Positions 36,427-45,213 of a DNA stretch of 64,000 nt are shown here, piece by piece; the stretch's first letter is position 1; the number at the start of each line of letters is the position of its first letter. This DNA is from an uncultured Chloroflexia bacterium (GTDB taxonomy: Bacteria; Chloroflexota; Dehalococcoidia; DSTF01; WHTK01), in NCBI GenBank assembly GCA_963766645.1, contig CAVYAY010000002.1, forward strand, positions 1,318,529 through 1,382,528, given 5' to 3'. Below the pieces are notes generated by a model that saw nothing but the letters and a program-made list of their open reading frames with translations, was not told the origin of the DNA and did not search any database. The translations under genes and the position numbers were made by a program.

Positions 36427-36897
36427 CTATGTCGTCACGTTGATCGTGACGGTGAAGTCGATGTTGCTGTTCTGACAAGAGTCAGGTAGGTCTGCGTCGG
36501 CATTCAGTTCAACCGACCACAGGTCTGAAATACCACCGCCACCGACGACTACGCTCGTGTTGGCGAGCCGCTGAACTCGGCCAGTTGTGTGAGCCGAGCC
36601 GCCGCAACCCAGGTCATAACTAATGCCAGTAACGGTCCCGGCATCGAGGCCACTTTTCACGTGAACGTCCACGTCCCCACAGTTGTCAAGGCCACCCTTG
36701 TACACCTGTGTCCAGCCACCATTAGGGACAACAGGATTTGCGACAGTGCCTTCATCAAAGAAATTGACGCACACTTGTCCGGCTACTGCGCCGTTGTCGA
36801 TACCGCCGGTCTGGCTACCGGTCCATGCTAGGGCGGCCCCAATGAGACCAGCAGCCAGGAGGGAGACGATAATCGTCCCGCCAAAGAACTTACGCAT
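36427..36897 (-). CDS. small exported protein with SipW-cognate (TasA/camelysin-like) signal peptide
   Basis: MRKFFGGTIIVSLLAAGLIGAALAWTGS resembles the ..GGGTWA.F class of SipW-dependent signal peptides. The mature part is beta-rich with several Cys. It is the first gene of the cluster. Confidence 0.5.
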   Translation of the reverse strand: MRKFFGGTIIVSLLAAGLIGAALAWTGSQTGGIDNGAVAGQVCVNFFDEGTVANPVVPNGGWTQVYKGGLDNCGDVDVHVKSGLDAGTVTGISYDLGCGGSAHTTGRVQRLANTSVVVGGGGISDLWSVELNADADLPDSCQNSNIDFTVTINVTT

Positions 36898-37411
36898 AGC
36901 TAACTCCTACATCAATGACCCACGCCGCCTCCCCGTCGGTACGCAGGTCTGCGTGTCCTAACGATGTGGGGTCCGTTTAGAAAGAGATCGCTCCCGTATC
37001 ACCTCCCTGTGGGGGCGAACGGGAGCGAGTGTGATTGCTTTCGCCACGTAGAAGGCCAGGCGCGCCTTTGATTAAAGGACGTAGCCTGGCCTGCTACGAT
37101 GGGAAGGCAATGTGAGTGGCGCTTACACTCCCGTTGCCCCGGCGTCTCGCGGTTACCGCCACGAGGCGCCGTTTTCTATTCAGCAAACAGCCGGTCGCGT
37201 TGCCGCGTCCGGCTGGTCACCGTGGGTCATGTGGCGTCGTAGTGGCGACAGGGGGCGTGATTACACCGCACCTTGCGTTGCCTGACGACGCCGGCCCCGT
37301 GCTCGGGGCCCGTATCCTCCTTGCCCCGAATCGAGGCGAGAGGCGGGGTGCGGGAGCAGAGGCGGGGGTGCGGGAGCTTGGTACGCATACGTTATGTTCG
37401 TATCAAGTGGC

Positions 37412-37440
37412 ACTCTAGAGACGCAGGCGATCTATGTCAA
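37412..37440 (-). promoter_or_regulatory. near-consensus sigma70-type promoter reading toward the SipW-type cluster
   Basis: Minus strand TTGACA (37440-37435), 17-nt spacer, TAGAGT (37417-37412). It lies about 510 nt upstream of the ATG at 36897. Confidence 0.5.
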
Positions 37441-37537
37441 GGGTGTGTGGATGCGAAACGAGAATTTCACTAAAGGATAGATATAAGAAATGCACTTCCT
37501 ATTTAGGTTGGAAACGAGACGTTAGGGCGAAACGTGA

Positions 37538-37613
37538 TGGTGGGCGGTACAGGACTTGAACCTGTGACCTCTTCCGTGTGAAGGAAGCGCTCTGCCAGCT
37601 GAGCTAACCGCCC
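37538..37613 (-). tRNA. tRNA-Val (CAC)
   Basis: Minus strand: GGGCGGT-TA-GCTC-AGCTGGCA-GAGC-G-CTTCC-TTCACAC-GGAAG-AGGTC-ACAGG-TTCAAGT-CCTGT-ACCGCCC-A-CCA. Confidence 0.93.
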
Positions 37614-37668
37614 GAGGGCGCCTCCCGATTGTAGGTAGCGCTACGCGTGGTGGCAACGTGGCGTGCGG

Positions 37669-38364
37669 TCAGGCGACGATGACGACCTCGCGGGCGACGA
37701 TGGACGGGATGGGCTGGACGAAGACGCTCCGGGAATCGCGGGCAGCGGCGGTCTCGCGGTCGGCGCCGGTGCGGCGGACCATGCGCCAGGGGAGGACGTC
37801 GAGGCTATCGAACCAGGCCTCGGGCACGCCGTCGAAGGCAGGCGGGGGCGTCAGGGCGTAGGTCTCCGGTATGGCGTGGCACTGGATGTAGCGGCGCATC
37901 TCCGGGAACTCGGCGTGGACCAGCGGGCCGTGGATGTCGCGCCAGTGGTGCTGAAACTCGTCGACGCTGAGGCCGGGGCGGCGGGTGAGCAGGCTCATGA
38001 ACTTGACCATGCCGCGGCGTTCGCCGGGGGAGGGCAGGGCGTCGATGATGGGGACCTCGGTGGCGAAGAGACGGCCGCCACTGCCGGGCTGCATGAAGTT
38101 GGCGACGTCGGCAATGGCGGCCTGCCAGGAGGGGCTGGCGACGGCGGCGTCGAAGGCGTCCATGTCGTCGAACCAGGCCTCGGCGGCGCCGTCAAAGGCG
38201 GGTGGGTAGGTGTCGTAGACCTCGGGGCAGGCGTGGGCCTGGATGTAGCGACGGAGGCCGGGGGAGCCGGCAATCATGGGGCCGTGGACGTCGCGCCAGT
38301 AGGCCTGGAAGGCGTCGACGGACATGCCGTCTTTGCGAGTGAGGAAGCCGAGGAGTTTGATCAT
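37669..38364 (-). CDS. tandem EthD-domain protein
   Basis: Two repeats of the EthD pattern: MIKLLGFLTRKDGMSVDAFQAYWRDVHGPM..RRYIQ..FDGAAEAWFDD and VKFMSLLTRRPGLSVDEFQHHWRDIHGPL..RRYIQ..FDGVPEAWFDS. Confidence 0.75.
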   Translation of the reverse strand: MIKLLGFLTRKDGMSVDAFQAYWRDVHGPMIAGSPGLRRYIQAHACPEVYDTYPPAFDGAAEAWFDDMDAFDAAVASPSWQAAIADVANFMQPGSGGRLFATEVPIIDALPSPGERRGMVKFMSLLTRRPGLSVDEFQHHWRDIHGPLVHAEFPEMRRYIQCHAIPETYALTPPPAFDGVPEAWFDSLDVLPWRMVRRTGADRETAAARDSRSVFVQPIPSIVAREVVIVA

Positions 38365-38480
38365 TGGAATGCCTCCGATGGCTGAATCGCCGTCTCGACG
38401 ACGGGACCTCAAGGCTTCGCGTCCTGCGCCCCGCTATCGCTTGGGCTTGTGCGCTTCGCCTTCTATGAAACCTAGATTCC

Positions 38481-39225
38481 GAGGGGACACCCCTCGGGCT
38501 CCCCGCGCATGGGCTGCGCCCCCGCTACCCCTGCAGGCGTGCGACGACGACGTGGCGGTGCGTTGAGTTGAGTATGGACTCTGCAGGATGAATGATGCAG
38601 CTTCGATGGACGGGGCGTTTGAGGGTGCCCCGCCGGACGGCTGATCTGCTGCGCCATCCGGACGACAGTGACACAGGTGGGACACCCCCTCGGGCTCCCC
38701 GCACATGGGCTGCGCCTCCGCTACCCTTGCAGGCGTGCGACGACGGCGTGGCGGTGCGTTGAGTTGAGTATGGACTCTGCAGGATGAATCCTGCAGCTTC
38801 GACGGATGGAGCGTTTGAGGTGCGCCGCTGGACGGCTGATCTGGTTCGCCATCCGGAGAACATCACTGCATGGGGAATTCGCCTCGGGCTCGACGCAGGG
38901 GCTGCGCCGTGCTCATGGAGGTGTGCGACGACGACGGGGAGGTGCATTTGGTGCGAACTCTGCAGGATGAATGATGCAGCTTCGATGGACGGGGTGTTTG
39001 AGGGTGCGCCGCCGGACGGCTGATCTGGTTCGCCATCCGGAGAACATCACTGCACGGGGAATTCGCCTCGGGCTCGACGCGCAGGGGCTGCGCCGTGCTC
39101 ATGGAGGTGTGCGACGACGACGAGGAGGTGCATTTGGTGCGAACTCTGCAGGATGAATCCTGCAGCTTCGATGGAGAGGGCTCATATCTCTCTTCGCCTG
39201 CCTTGAGTGCAGGCGTGCTGCCTTC
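38481..39225. repeat. array of four ~185-195-bp tandem repeats with internal CTGCAGGAT-N3-ATCCTGCAG palindrome
   Basis: The CTCGGGCT landmark recurs at 38689, 38883 and 39067, and an equivalent lies near 38494. Units 1-2 carry GGGACACCCC..GGGCTGCGCC..TGCAGGCGTGCGACGACG. Units 3-4 carry GGGGAATTCGCCTCGGGCTCGACGC..GGGGCTGCGCCGTGCTCATGG. All carry CTGCAGGATGAAT[GA/CC]TGCAGCTTCGA. Confidence 0.9.
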
Positions 39226-39255
39226 GCGTCACGCTGGTGCGGCCTCTTGCTCTCG

Positions 39256-40137
39256 TTAGGAGGGGCGGAGGGGAACCTTGCCGGAGAGGGCGACGTTGGG
39301 GCTGTCGCCAATCCAGCGCTGGGGGCCGGCGGCGGCGCCGGTGGTCTGGAGGTGACGGCCGAAGAAGGCGTAGACCTTGCTCCAGGCGTCGACGGCCTGC
39401 TCCGGGCGGTAGCGGTAGCGGTCGGTGGAGAAAAAGGCGTGGCCGGCGCCGTCGTAGCGGTAGAACTCGTAAGTCTTGCCGAGGCGCTTGAGTTCTTCCT
39501 CGGTGCGGTCGACCTCCGTGGGCGGCGGGTTGTCGTCGTCGTTGCCGAAGATGCCGAGCAGGGGGCAGTTGAGGTCGGGGGTCATGGTGATTGGCGCGAC
39601 GGGGCGCTTTTCGTTGAGCTGCTTCTCGTCGTCGACGATGACGCCGCCACCCCAGCAGTCGACCGCGGCATCGATGTCGCTGAGCTGGCAGGCGGCGATG
39701 TAGACCTGGCGGCCGCCGCTGCAGAAGCCGATGATACCGACCTTGCTGTTGTGGTATGGCTGGCTACGCAGGTAGCGCGCTGCGCCGGCGACGTCGCCGA
39801 CAACTTCGTCGTCCGCCATGCCGCCCATGCCGCGGCCGCGGGCGCCAACGTCATCGGGGTCGCCGGGGCCGAAGCGGTGCCAGAGGTGGGGCGCGATGGT
39901 GGCGAAGCCGTGGTTGGCGAGCTTCCAGGTGACCTCGAGGGTCCACTCGTCCCAGCCGGGGTAGTGGTGAATGACGACGACACCGGGGAAGGGGCCGTCG
40001 CCTTCGGGCTTCGCGACGTAGGCCTCGATGGTGTCGCCGCGGTGGCCCTGGATGTTTACGGTTGTGGTCTGGATGCCTCGGTAGGTCACGGCGGTCACTC
40101 CCTCTGAACACGGGGCCTCTGCGGGTTGCGGGGACAT
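39256..40137 (-). CDS. dienelactone hydrolase family protein
   Basis: PGVVVIHHYPGWDE, the nucleophile elbow GIIGFCSGGR, and GNDDDNPP..YDGAGHAF form the DLH alpha/beta-hydrolase pattern. The start is chosen at ATG 40137, and the long upstream ORF part is Arg/Pro-rich noise. Confidence 0.8.
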   Translation of the reverse strand: MSPQPAEAPCSEGVTAVTYRGIQTTTVNIQGHRGDTIEAYVAKPEGDGPFPGVVVIHHYPGWDEWTLEVTWKLANHGFATIAPHLWHRFGPGDPDDVGARGRGMGGMADDEVVGDVAGAARYLRSQPYHNSKVGIIGFCSGGRQVYIAACQLSDIDAAVDCWGGGVIVDDEKQLNEKRPVAPITMTPDLNCPLLGIFGNDDDNPPPTEVDRTEEELKRLGKTYEFYRYDGAGHAFFSTDRYRYRPEQAVDAWSKVYAFFGRHLQTTGAAAGPQRWIGDSPNVALSGKVPLRPS

Positions 40138-40296
40138 TATGACGGTTTGAGGTTGGTGATGCAGAATCGCTGGCAATCGGACACGTGGAGCGCAGGGTGG
40201 CGGGGTCGAGTGCGAGGCTTGGGCTGAAGCGCCTGCGTCCAGAAAACGAGCTAGCTCTGACAGCGGTGCTAAGCTGCCGGGCGAAGGAGGCGTGGC

Positions 40297-41337
40297 ATGA
40301 AGCTGGTGGTCTACGGGCCGGCGAGACGGCTGGGGCTGGTGCAGGACGGGTCGGTTATCGACGTCAGCGGTGCGTACGCTCGGTACCTGGGAGAGACGCT
40401 GGGCGAGCGTCGGCCGTACGAGATGGCGGCGGCGACGGCGCCGGAGGAGCTCGGCGCGTTCATCGAGTCGGGAGAGCGGGCTATCGAGGCGGCGACGCGC
40501 GGGGCGGAGCACATGATGCAGCGCGCGGCGGAGCGAGTGGGCCTGAACGGGGAGCAGATCGTGTTTCCGCTAGGCGACGTGAAGTTGCAGGCGCCGTACG
40601 CGCGGCGGGCGCGGATCATGATGGCCGGCGGCAACTACGTGATCCATAGCGCGGGGATGACTCGCAGCGGGGACGGGCCAGCGCCGACGCTGCAGGAGCT
40701 ATATGACCAGAGCCGCCAGCGCGGCATCTGGGGCTTCTACTGCTTCCCGGAGAACGCCGCAGGGCCGGACGAGGACGTCGTCTACCCCTCGCGCACGGAC
40801 CGACTGGACTACGAGGGCGAGGTTGCCGTGATCCTGGGTCTGAAGGGGAAGGACATCGCGGCGGACAAGGCGGCGCCGTACTTCTGGGGCTATTTGCTGC
40901 AGAACGACATCAGCGCCCGCTCGACGATTCCGACGCCGGACCATCCGCAATCGAGCTTTATGCGTTCGAAGAACTTCGACGGGTCGATCGCAGCCGGGCC
41001 GTACGTGGTGGTCGGCGAGTTCCCGGACGCGCAGGACATCTCGTGGGAGACGCGGGTCAACGGCGAGGTGCGGCAGCAGGGCAACACGAAGGACATGACG
41101 TTCACGTTCGCCGAGTACGTCGAGTACATGTCATCCGACATGACATTGCTGCCGGGCGATGTGATCAGCGCGGGGACAACGGCGGGGACGGCGCAGGACT
41201 CGAGCGAGCTGCTGCCGGCCGAGCCGGGCAAGCCGCCGGTGCGGTCGCCGGAGCGCTTCTTGAAGCCGGGCGACGTGGTCGAGGTGTCGAACCCGGCGAT
41301 GGGAACGCTGCGGAATCGCATCGTGGCGAAGGCGTAG
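40297..41337 (+). CDS. fumarylacetoacetate hydrolase (FAH) family protein
   Basis: An N-terminal small domain, then LDYEGEVAVILGLKGKD, NDISAR, M.F and PGDVISAGT, typical FAH-fold metal/substrate motifs. Confidence 0.8.
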   Translation: MKLVVYGPARRLGLVQDGSVIDVSGAYARYLGETLGERRPYEMAAATAPEELGAFIESGERAIEAATRGAEHMMQRAAERVGLNGEQIVFPLGDVKLQAPYARRARIMMAGGNYVIHSAGMTRSGDGPAPTLQELYDQSRQRGIWGFYCFPENAAGPDEDVVYPSRTDRLDYEGEVAVILGLKGKDIAADKAAPYFWGYLLQNDISARSTIPTPDHPQSSFMRSKNFDGSIAAGPYVVVGEFPDAQDISWETRVNGEVRQQGNTKDMTFTFAEYVEYMSSDMTLLPGDVISAGTTAGTAQDSSELLPAEPGKPPVRSPERFLKPGDVVEVSNPAMGTLRNRIVAKA

Positions 41338-41343
41338 GACTAA

Positions 41344-42633
41344 CTAGCTCGTCATCAGGTCGCGGTAGTACTTGTAGAAGCCGCGCTGGCCAAGCTCCGT
41401 GAACGGAGCACCCCCGCCCCGGCGCCCCGGGTGCAGCTCCATGGTCTCTTCATGACCCAAGCCCATCTGGTAGTTAAAGTCATGCTGGCGGGCGATGTAG
41501 CCGCGCGCGGCCTCAGTGCACTGGCCCCAGTTTTCGCCGTCGTCCTGCTCGAACATCCCAGTCGCGTTGAAGGCAAACTGGCAGCCCTTCAAGAACGCCT
41601 GCTTGACGTCTTGCGGCGCGTCCTTGTCGACGCAGACCCAGGACCAGATCTCCATGCGGTCGGGGCCTTTGGGCATCCAGACACGCAGGAGGCCGTTGCC
41701 GCCGAAACTCATGTTGGGGAAGATCGTGGCGTGGACGGGCCAGAGCGTATCGGCTCGCTCCTCCCCCAGCCGTTCGCGGACCTCGGGCCGGATCTCTTCC
41801 AGGTAGGTGTCGACGACGGTGGGCGTCCCGCGGGCGCTGCGCGATACGCGCTGCGACGGCTTGCGGACCTGGATCCCCATGCCGTGCCCGTCCTTGGGGC
41901 TGACCTCCATCATTCTTTCCCAGGTGTCGCTGACGGCCCCGGGACCCATCGCGGAGCCATGGGTGTACTGGACGTGGTAGAAGTCGCCGACGAAGTTGTC
42001 CGCGGCGAATTTCCAGTTGCAGGACATCGACCATTTGTGGGTGCCGCCGATCACCTCGGTGCCGCCAGCTCGCCGGTTGAACATGATGTCCATGTAATAG
42101 GTGGCATCGCCGAGGTACTCGGTAAGCGGCACGATTCCGGGGTCCCAGCAGCCGAAGATGAGGCCGCAGTAGCTTTCCAGTCGCGGCACGGGGATGAGTC
42201 CCCACTGGTCTCTGTCCAGCTCCTCGAAGTAGGCGCCCTTGAAGTCCGGCACGCCGATCAACTTGCCGTCAGGAGCGTAGGTCCAGGCATGGTAGGAACA
42301 GGTGAAGGCGGCGGTGTTGCCCTCGTCGGCGCGGCAGACCTTCATGCCGCGGTGGCGGCAGGAGTTGAGGTAGGCGCCGATCTTGCCGCTCTTGTCGCGC
42401 GTGACCAGAATCGGGTCTTCGCCCATGTAGGTAGTGAAGAAGTCGCCCGGGTTCTTGAGCTGGCTGTCATGACAGAGATAGAGCCAGGTCCGCGCGAAGA
42501 TTTTCTCGAGCTCAACCTGGTAGACCTGAGGTTCGATGAAGATACGACGGTTGACGAGGCCGTCCTCGGCACGGATGAGTGCGTTCCAGTCGTAAGTGCC
42601 GTTCGTTTGCGTACCGTTGGCCTGCTCGAGCAT
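41344..42633 (-). CDS. aromatic ring-hydroxylating dioxygenase, large (alpha) subunit
   Basis: Rieske motif CRHRGMKVC...CSYHAWTY. The catalytic-domain Fe site is DFYHVQYTH. 429 aa. Confidence 0.9.
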   Translation of the reverse strand: MLEQANGTQTNGTYDWNALIRAEDGLVNRRIFIEPQVYQVELEKIFARTWLYLCHDSQLKNPGDFFTTYMGEDPILVTRDKSGKIGAYLNSCRHRGMKVCRADEGNTAAFTCSYHAWTYAPDGKLIGVPDFKGAYFEELDRDQWGLIPVPRLESYCGLIFGCWDPGIVPLTEYLGDATYYMDIMFNRRAGGTEVIGGTHKWSMSCNWKFAADNFVGDFYHVQYTHGSAMGPGAVSDTWERMMEVSPKDGHGMGIQVRKPSQRVSRSARGTPTVVDTYLEEIRPEVRERLGEERADTLWPVHATIFPNMSFGGNGLLRVWMPKGPDRMEIWSWVCVDKDAPQDVKQAFLKGCQFAFNATGMFEQDDGENWGQCTEAARGYIARQHDFNYQMGLGHEETMELHPGRRGGGAPFTELGQRGFYKYYRDLMTS

Positions 42634-42659
42634 TACTCTGGTCCTTTCGATGATTGAAT

Positions 42660-43178
42660 CTAGAAGAACATGGACATGTTCTTGGACATGACCACATTCT
42701 GGGCGAGCACGATCTTGCGGCGTGCGATCTTGAGATCATGTCCGACGCGGCGGAGGGTGTCGTAGCGCGTGCCGACGAAAATGTCGATTTCGTGCTCCAG
42801 CCGCCCACGGTAGAGCAGGAAGAGAGACGTCACGTCGTAATCGCCCGGCGTTGCGGCTTCCTCAGCCTGGACGTTGGTGATGAGGTGCTGCGTGCGGGAG
42901 GGCGGGTCTTCGGCCCAGGCCATGCCGGAATCGAGCCGGCCAACGCGGGCCTTGAGCATGTCGAGGTCGTCGTTGAAGTAGGCGAGCTGGTTTGAGGCGG
43001 AGAGCTCGTGTTCGAGGTCGTTGGCCAGGCGATTGGAGCGCGTAGGCATCCAGTAGCGGACGTCTTCAGTGAAGAGGTCAAGCCATTCGTGGTAACGGCG
43101 CTCGTCGAGTAGCCGGGCCTCCTGATAGAGGAACTGCTCTACCTCGCGTAACAGATCAATCTTCGCCTGGGTGATCAT
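42660..43178 (-). CDS. aromatic ring-hydroxylating dioxygenase, small (beta) subunit
   Basis: FLYQEARLLDERRYHEWLDLFTEDVRYWMP is the SnoaL-like beta-subunit signature. 172 aa, directly upstream of alpha on the minus strand. Confidence 0.85.
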   Translation of the reverse strand: MITQAKIDLLREVEQFLYQEARLLDERRYHEWLDLFTEDVRYWMPTRSNRLANDLEHELSASNQLAYFNDDLDMLKARVGRLDSGMAWAEDPPSRTQHLITNVQAEEAATPGDYDVTSLFLLYRGRLEHEIDIFVGTRYDTLRRVGHDLKIARRKIVLAQNVVMSKNMSMFF

Positions 43179-43236
43179 GGCTGCCTCACTATTTCTGACT
43201 GATTGTCTGCCTCAACCGCCGTGATGGCTACCACAA

Positions 43237-44057
43237 TCAATGCAAGGGCCGCGGTTCGGGGTTGCGGCGTTCCATGACGTTCTCGAAACGGTAGCGCACG
43301 TTGTCGTCTGTCGACTGCATGAAGGGCCACATGTAGAACTTGCCGGCGAGGAGGTCTTGCAGCACCAATTCTGCCTGCTCCTCCGGCGGCGTACCCGTCC
43401 AAGTCTCCTGTAGAGGGTTGTACCCCGGCTCGTCCTTGTTCCACAGGTCGCGGGGCGGTTGCGCCCGGACGCCATGATCTTTGTGTCTACGAACAGCGGG
43501 CAGAGGACGCTGACGCCGATTTTGGCGTTGCGCTGCTTTAGCTGGAGGTGCAGTGCCTCGCTAAGGGCGACGACGGTGTGCTTGGTGACGCCGTAGATGC
43601 TGCTGCCGGTTACGAGGCCCCCGATGGAGGAGGTGTTGATCACCCAGCCTTCTTCATCCTGGGCCAGCATGATCGGAACGAAGGTGCGGATGCCGTTGAT
43701 GACGCCCCACTCGTTGACGCCGAGGATCCACTCCCAGTCCTTGAGGGTCGATTCCCACATCGGCTTGGCGGGGAGGAAGACGCCGGCGTTGGTGCACGCC
43801 AGGTGCACCTTGCCGTACGCACGAAGGGTTGCCTCCGCCAGCGCCTCGACCGACTCGCCCTTAGAGACATCGGTGAGCACGCCGAGCACGTCGTACTCCT
43901 GGCGTCGAAGTTCAGTGACGGCGTTGTCGAGCGCCTGCTGCTCGATGTCGGCGAGGACGACCTTCATGCCTTCGCGGGCGAAACGCTCCGCGATGGCGCG
44001 ACCGATGCCGCTGGCGGCTCCAGTGATGACGGCGACTTTCCCGGGGAGGTCTTGCAT
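43237..44057 (-). CDS. short-chain dehydrogenase/reductase (SDR), one frameshift near 43435
   Basis: TGAASGIGRA, NAG and YGVTKHTVV (YxxxK). The C-terminus continues in another frame (..FYMWPFMQSTDDNVRYRFENVMERRNPEP..) and aligns with the intact paralogue at 44277-45158. Confidence 0.85.
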
Positions 44058-44276
44058 GGCAGTCTCCTTTGCCGGCGGTCCATCTTGTCCCACCATGCGA
44101 AATCTAGACTTGCGCCGCGAAATCGTCCAGATTCAGTCGAGAACGGTGCGATGATGACAAAGTGAGCACGTGTCCATCACGGCTTCGGCCGTTCGAGAAA
44201 GTGCGGCAGATCGTGGTCGTTTGACGCGCTATGCGTCGAGCAGGGGAGCAGCGAACGTAAGAGGGAGCTAACCGAG

Positions 44277-45158
44277 ATGCAGGATTTCGAAGGCAAGGTT
44301 GCGGTAGTCACGGGAGGTGCCAGCGGCATCGGATTGGCGATGGCCACCCGGTTTGCGCAAGAGGGCATGAAGATCGTGCTCGGCGACATCGAACAACCCG
44401 CGCTCGAGGCGGCCGTTGCCGGTTTGCGTCAACAGGAGTTCGAGGTTCAGGGCGTGGTCACAGACGTCGCCGACGCTGCTTCGGTGGAGAATCTGGCGCG
44501 AGAGACTATCGAGCGATTTGGCAAAGTGCACATCGTCTGCAACAACGCGGGGGTCGGCGGGTCGCGGGCAGCGCGGGTCTGGGATGCGACGCTGGACGAC
44601 TGGGAATGGGCCATGGGTGTGAACCTGTGGGGGGTCGTCCATGGCATCCGGGCATTCGTACCGATCATGCTGGCCCAGAATGAGGAGGGGCACGTGGTCA
44701 ACACGGCATCGGTGGCGGGCCTGGTGCAGGGGAACCGGGTCTACAGCGTTACCAAGCACGCGGTGGTGGCTCTTACAGAGGCGCTCTACGACGGACTCAT
44801 GCTCGAGGGGGGCAAGGTCGGGGCATCCGTGTTGTGCCCGGGCCTCTACTTCACCAACCTCAGCACAGCTGAACGCAACCGCCCCGAAACCTTGAATGAG
44901 AGGCCGGGGGAAGAGAAGACGACGGGCTCCGACCCGACGGTTGCAGACCGGGCCAGGCAGCTGAGGGACAGGTTAGGCCGTGAGCCCGATGACCTTGCGG
45001 AGAGGGTCCTCCAGGCGGTCAAGGACAACCAGTTCTACATCATCACGCATGACGAGTACGACGACGTGATCCGGGAGCGAATGGAGAACATACTGACGCG
45101 CCGCAATCCCGACCCGAAGGGCCCCGGCCTGACCTGGATCCGACCTCGCGAGGGATGA
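44277..45158 (+). CDS. short-chain dehydrogenase/reductase (SDR), paralogue of 43237-44057
   Basis: TGGASGIGLA, NNAG, YSVTKHAVV and the C-terminal FYIITHDEYDDVIRERMENILTRRNPDP. It is divergently oriented to its paralogue. Confidence 0.9.
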   Translation: MQDFEGKVAVVTGGASGIGLAMATRFAQEGMKIVLGDIEQPALEAAVAGLRQQEFEVQGVVTDVADAASVENLARETIERFGKVHIVCNNAGVGGSRAARVWDATLDDWEWAMGVNLWGVVHGIRAFVPIMLAQNEEGHVVNTASVAGLVQGNRVYSVTKHAVVALTEALYDGLMLEGGKVGASVLCPGLYFTNLSTAERNRPETLNERPGEEKTTGSDPTVADRARQLRDRLGREPDDLAERVLQAVKDNQFYIITHDEYDDVIRERMENILTRRNPDPKGPGLTWIRPREG

Positions 45159-45213
45159 TTCCAGCGATCGCGTGCGCGTCGGGTAGGATGGCAGGTGAGG
45201 AGACCCGAGAGCC

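Noticed and set aside
37116-37473. Plus-strand ORFs 37116-37418 and 37273-37473 in the long intergenic region.
   Set aside because: They are Arg/Ala/Gly/Pro-rich with no ribosome-binding site or motif. The region is better explained as structured non-coding RNA or leader.
38434-39311. Possible CRISPR array or cluster of small genes in the 38.5-kb repeat region.
   Set aside because: The units are about 190 bp and homologous along their whole length. There is no alternation of 25-40-bp repeats with unique spacers, and no cas genes are in the window. The 60-140-aa ORFs merely re-read the repeats in several frames on both strands.
40138-40512. N-terminal 125-aa extension of the dienelactone hydrolase ORF (39256-40512).
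   Set aside because: It is Arg/Pro/Leu-rich with no signal-peptide or domain character, and it overlaps the divergent FAH gene start. An ATG at 40137 gives a normal-length DLH.
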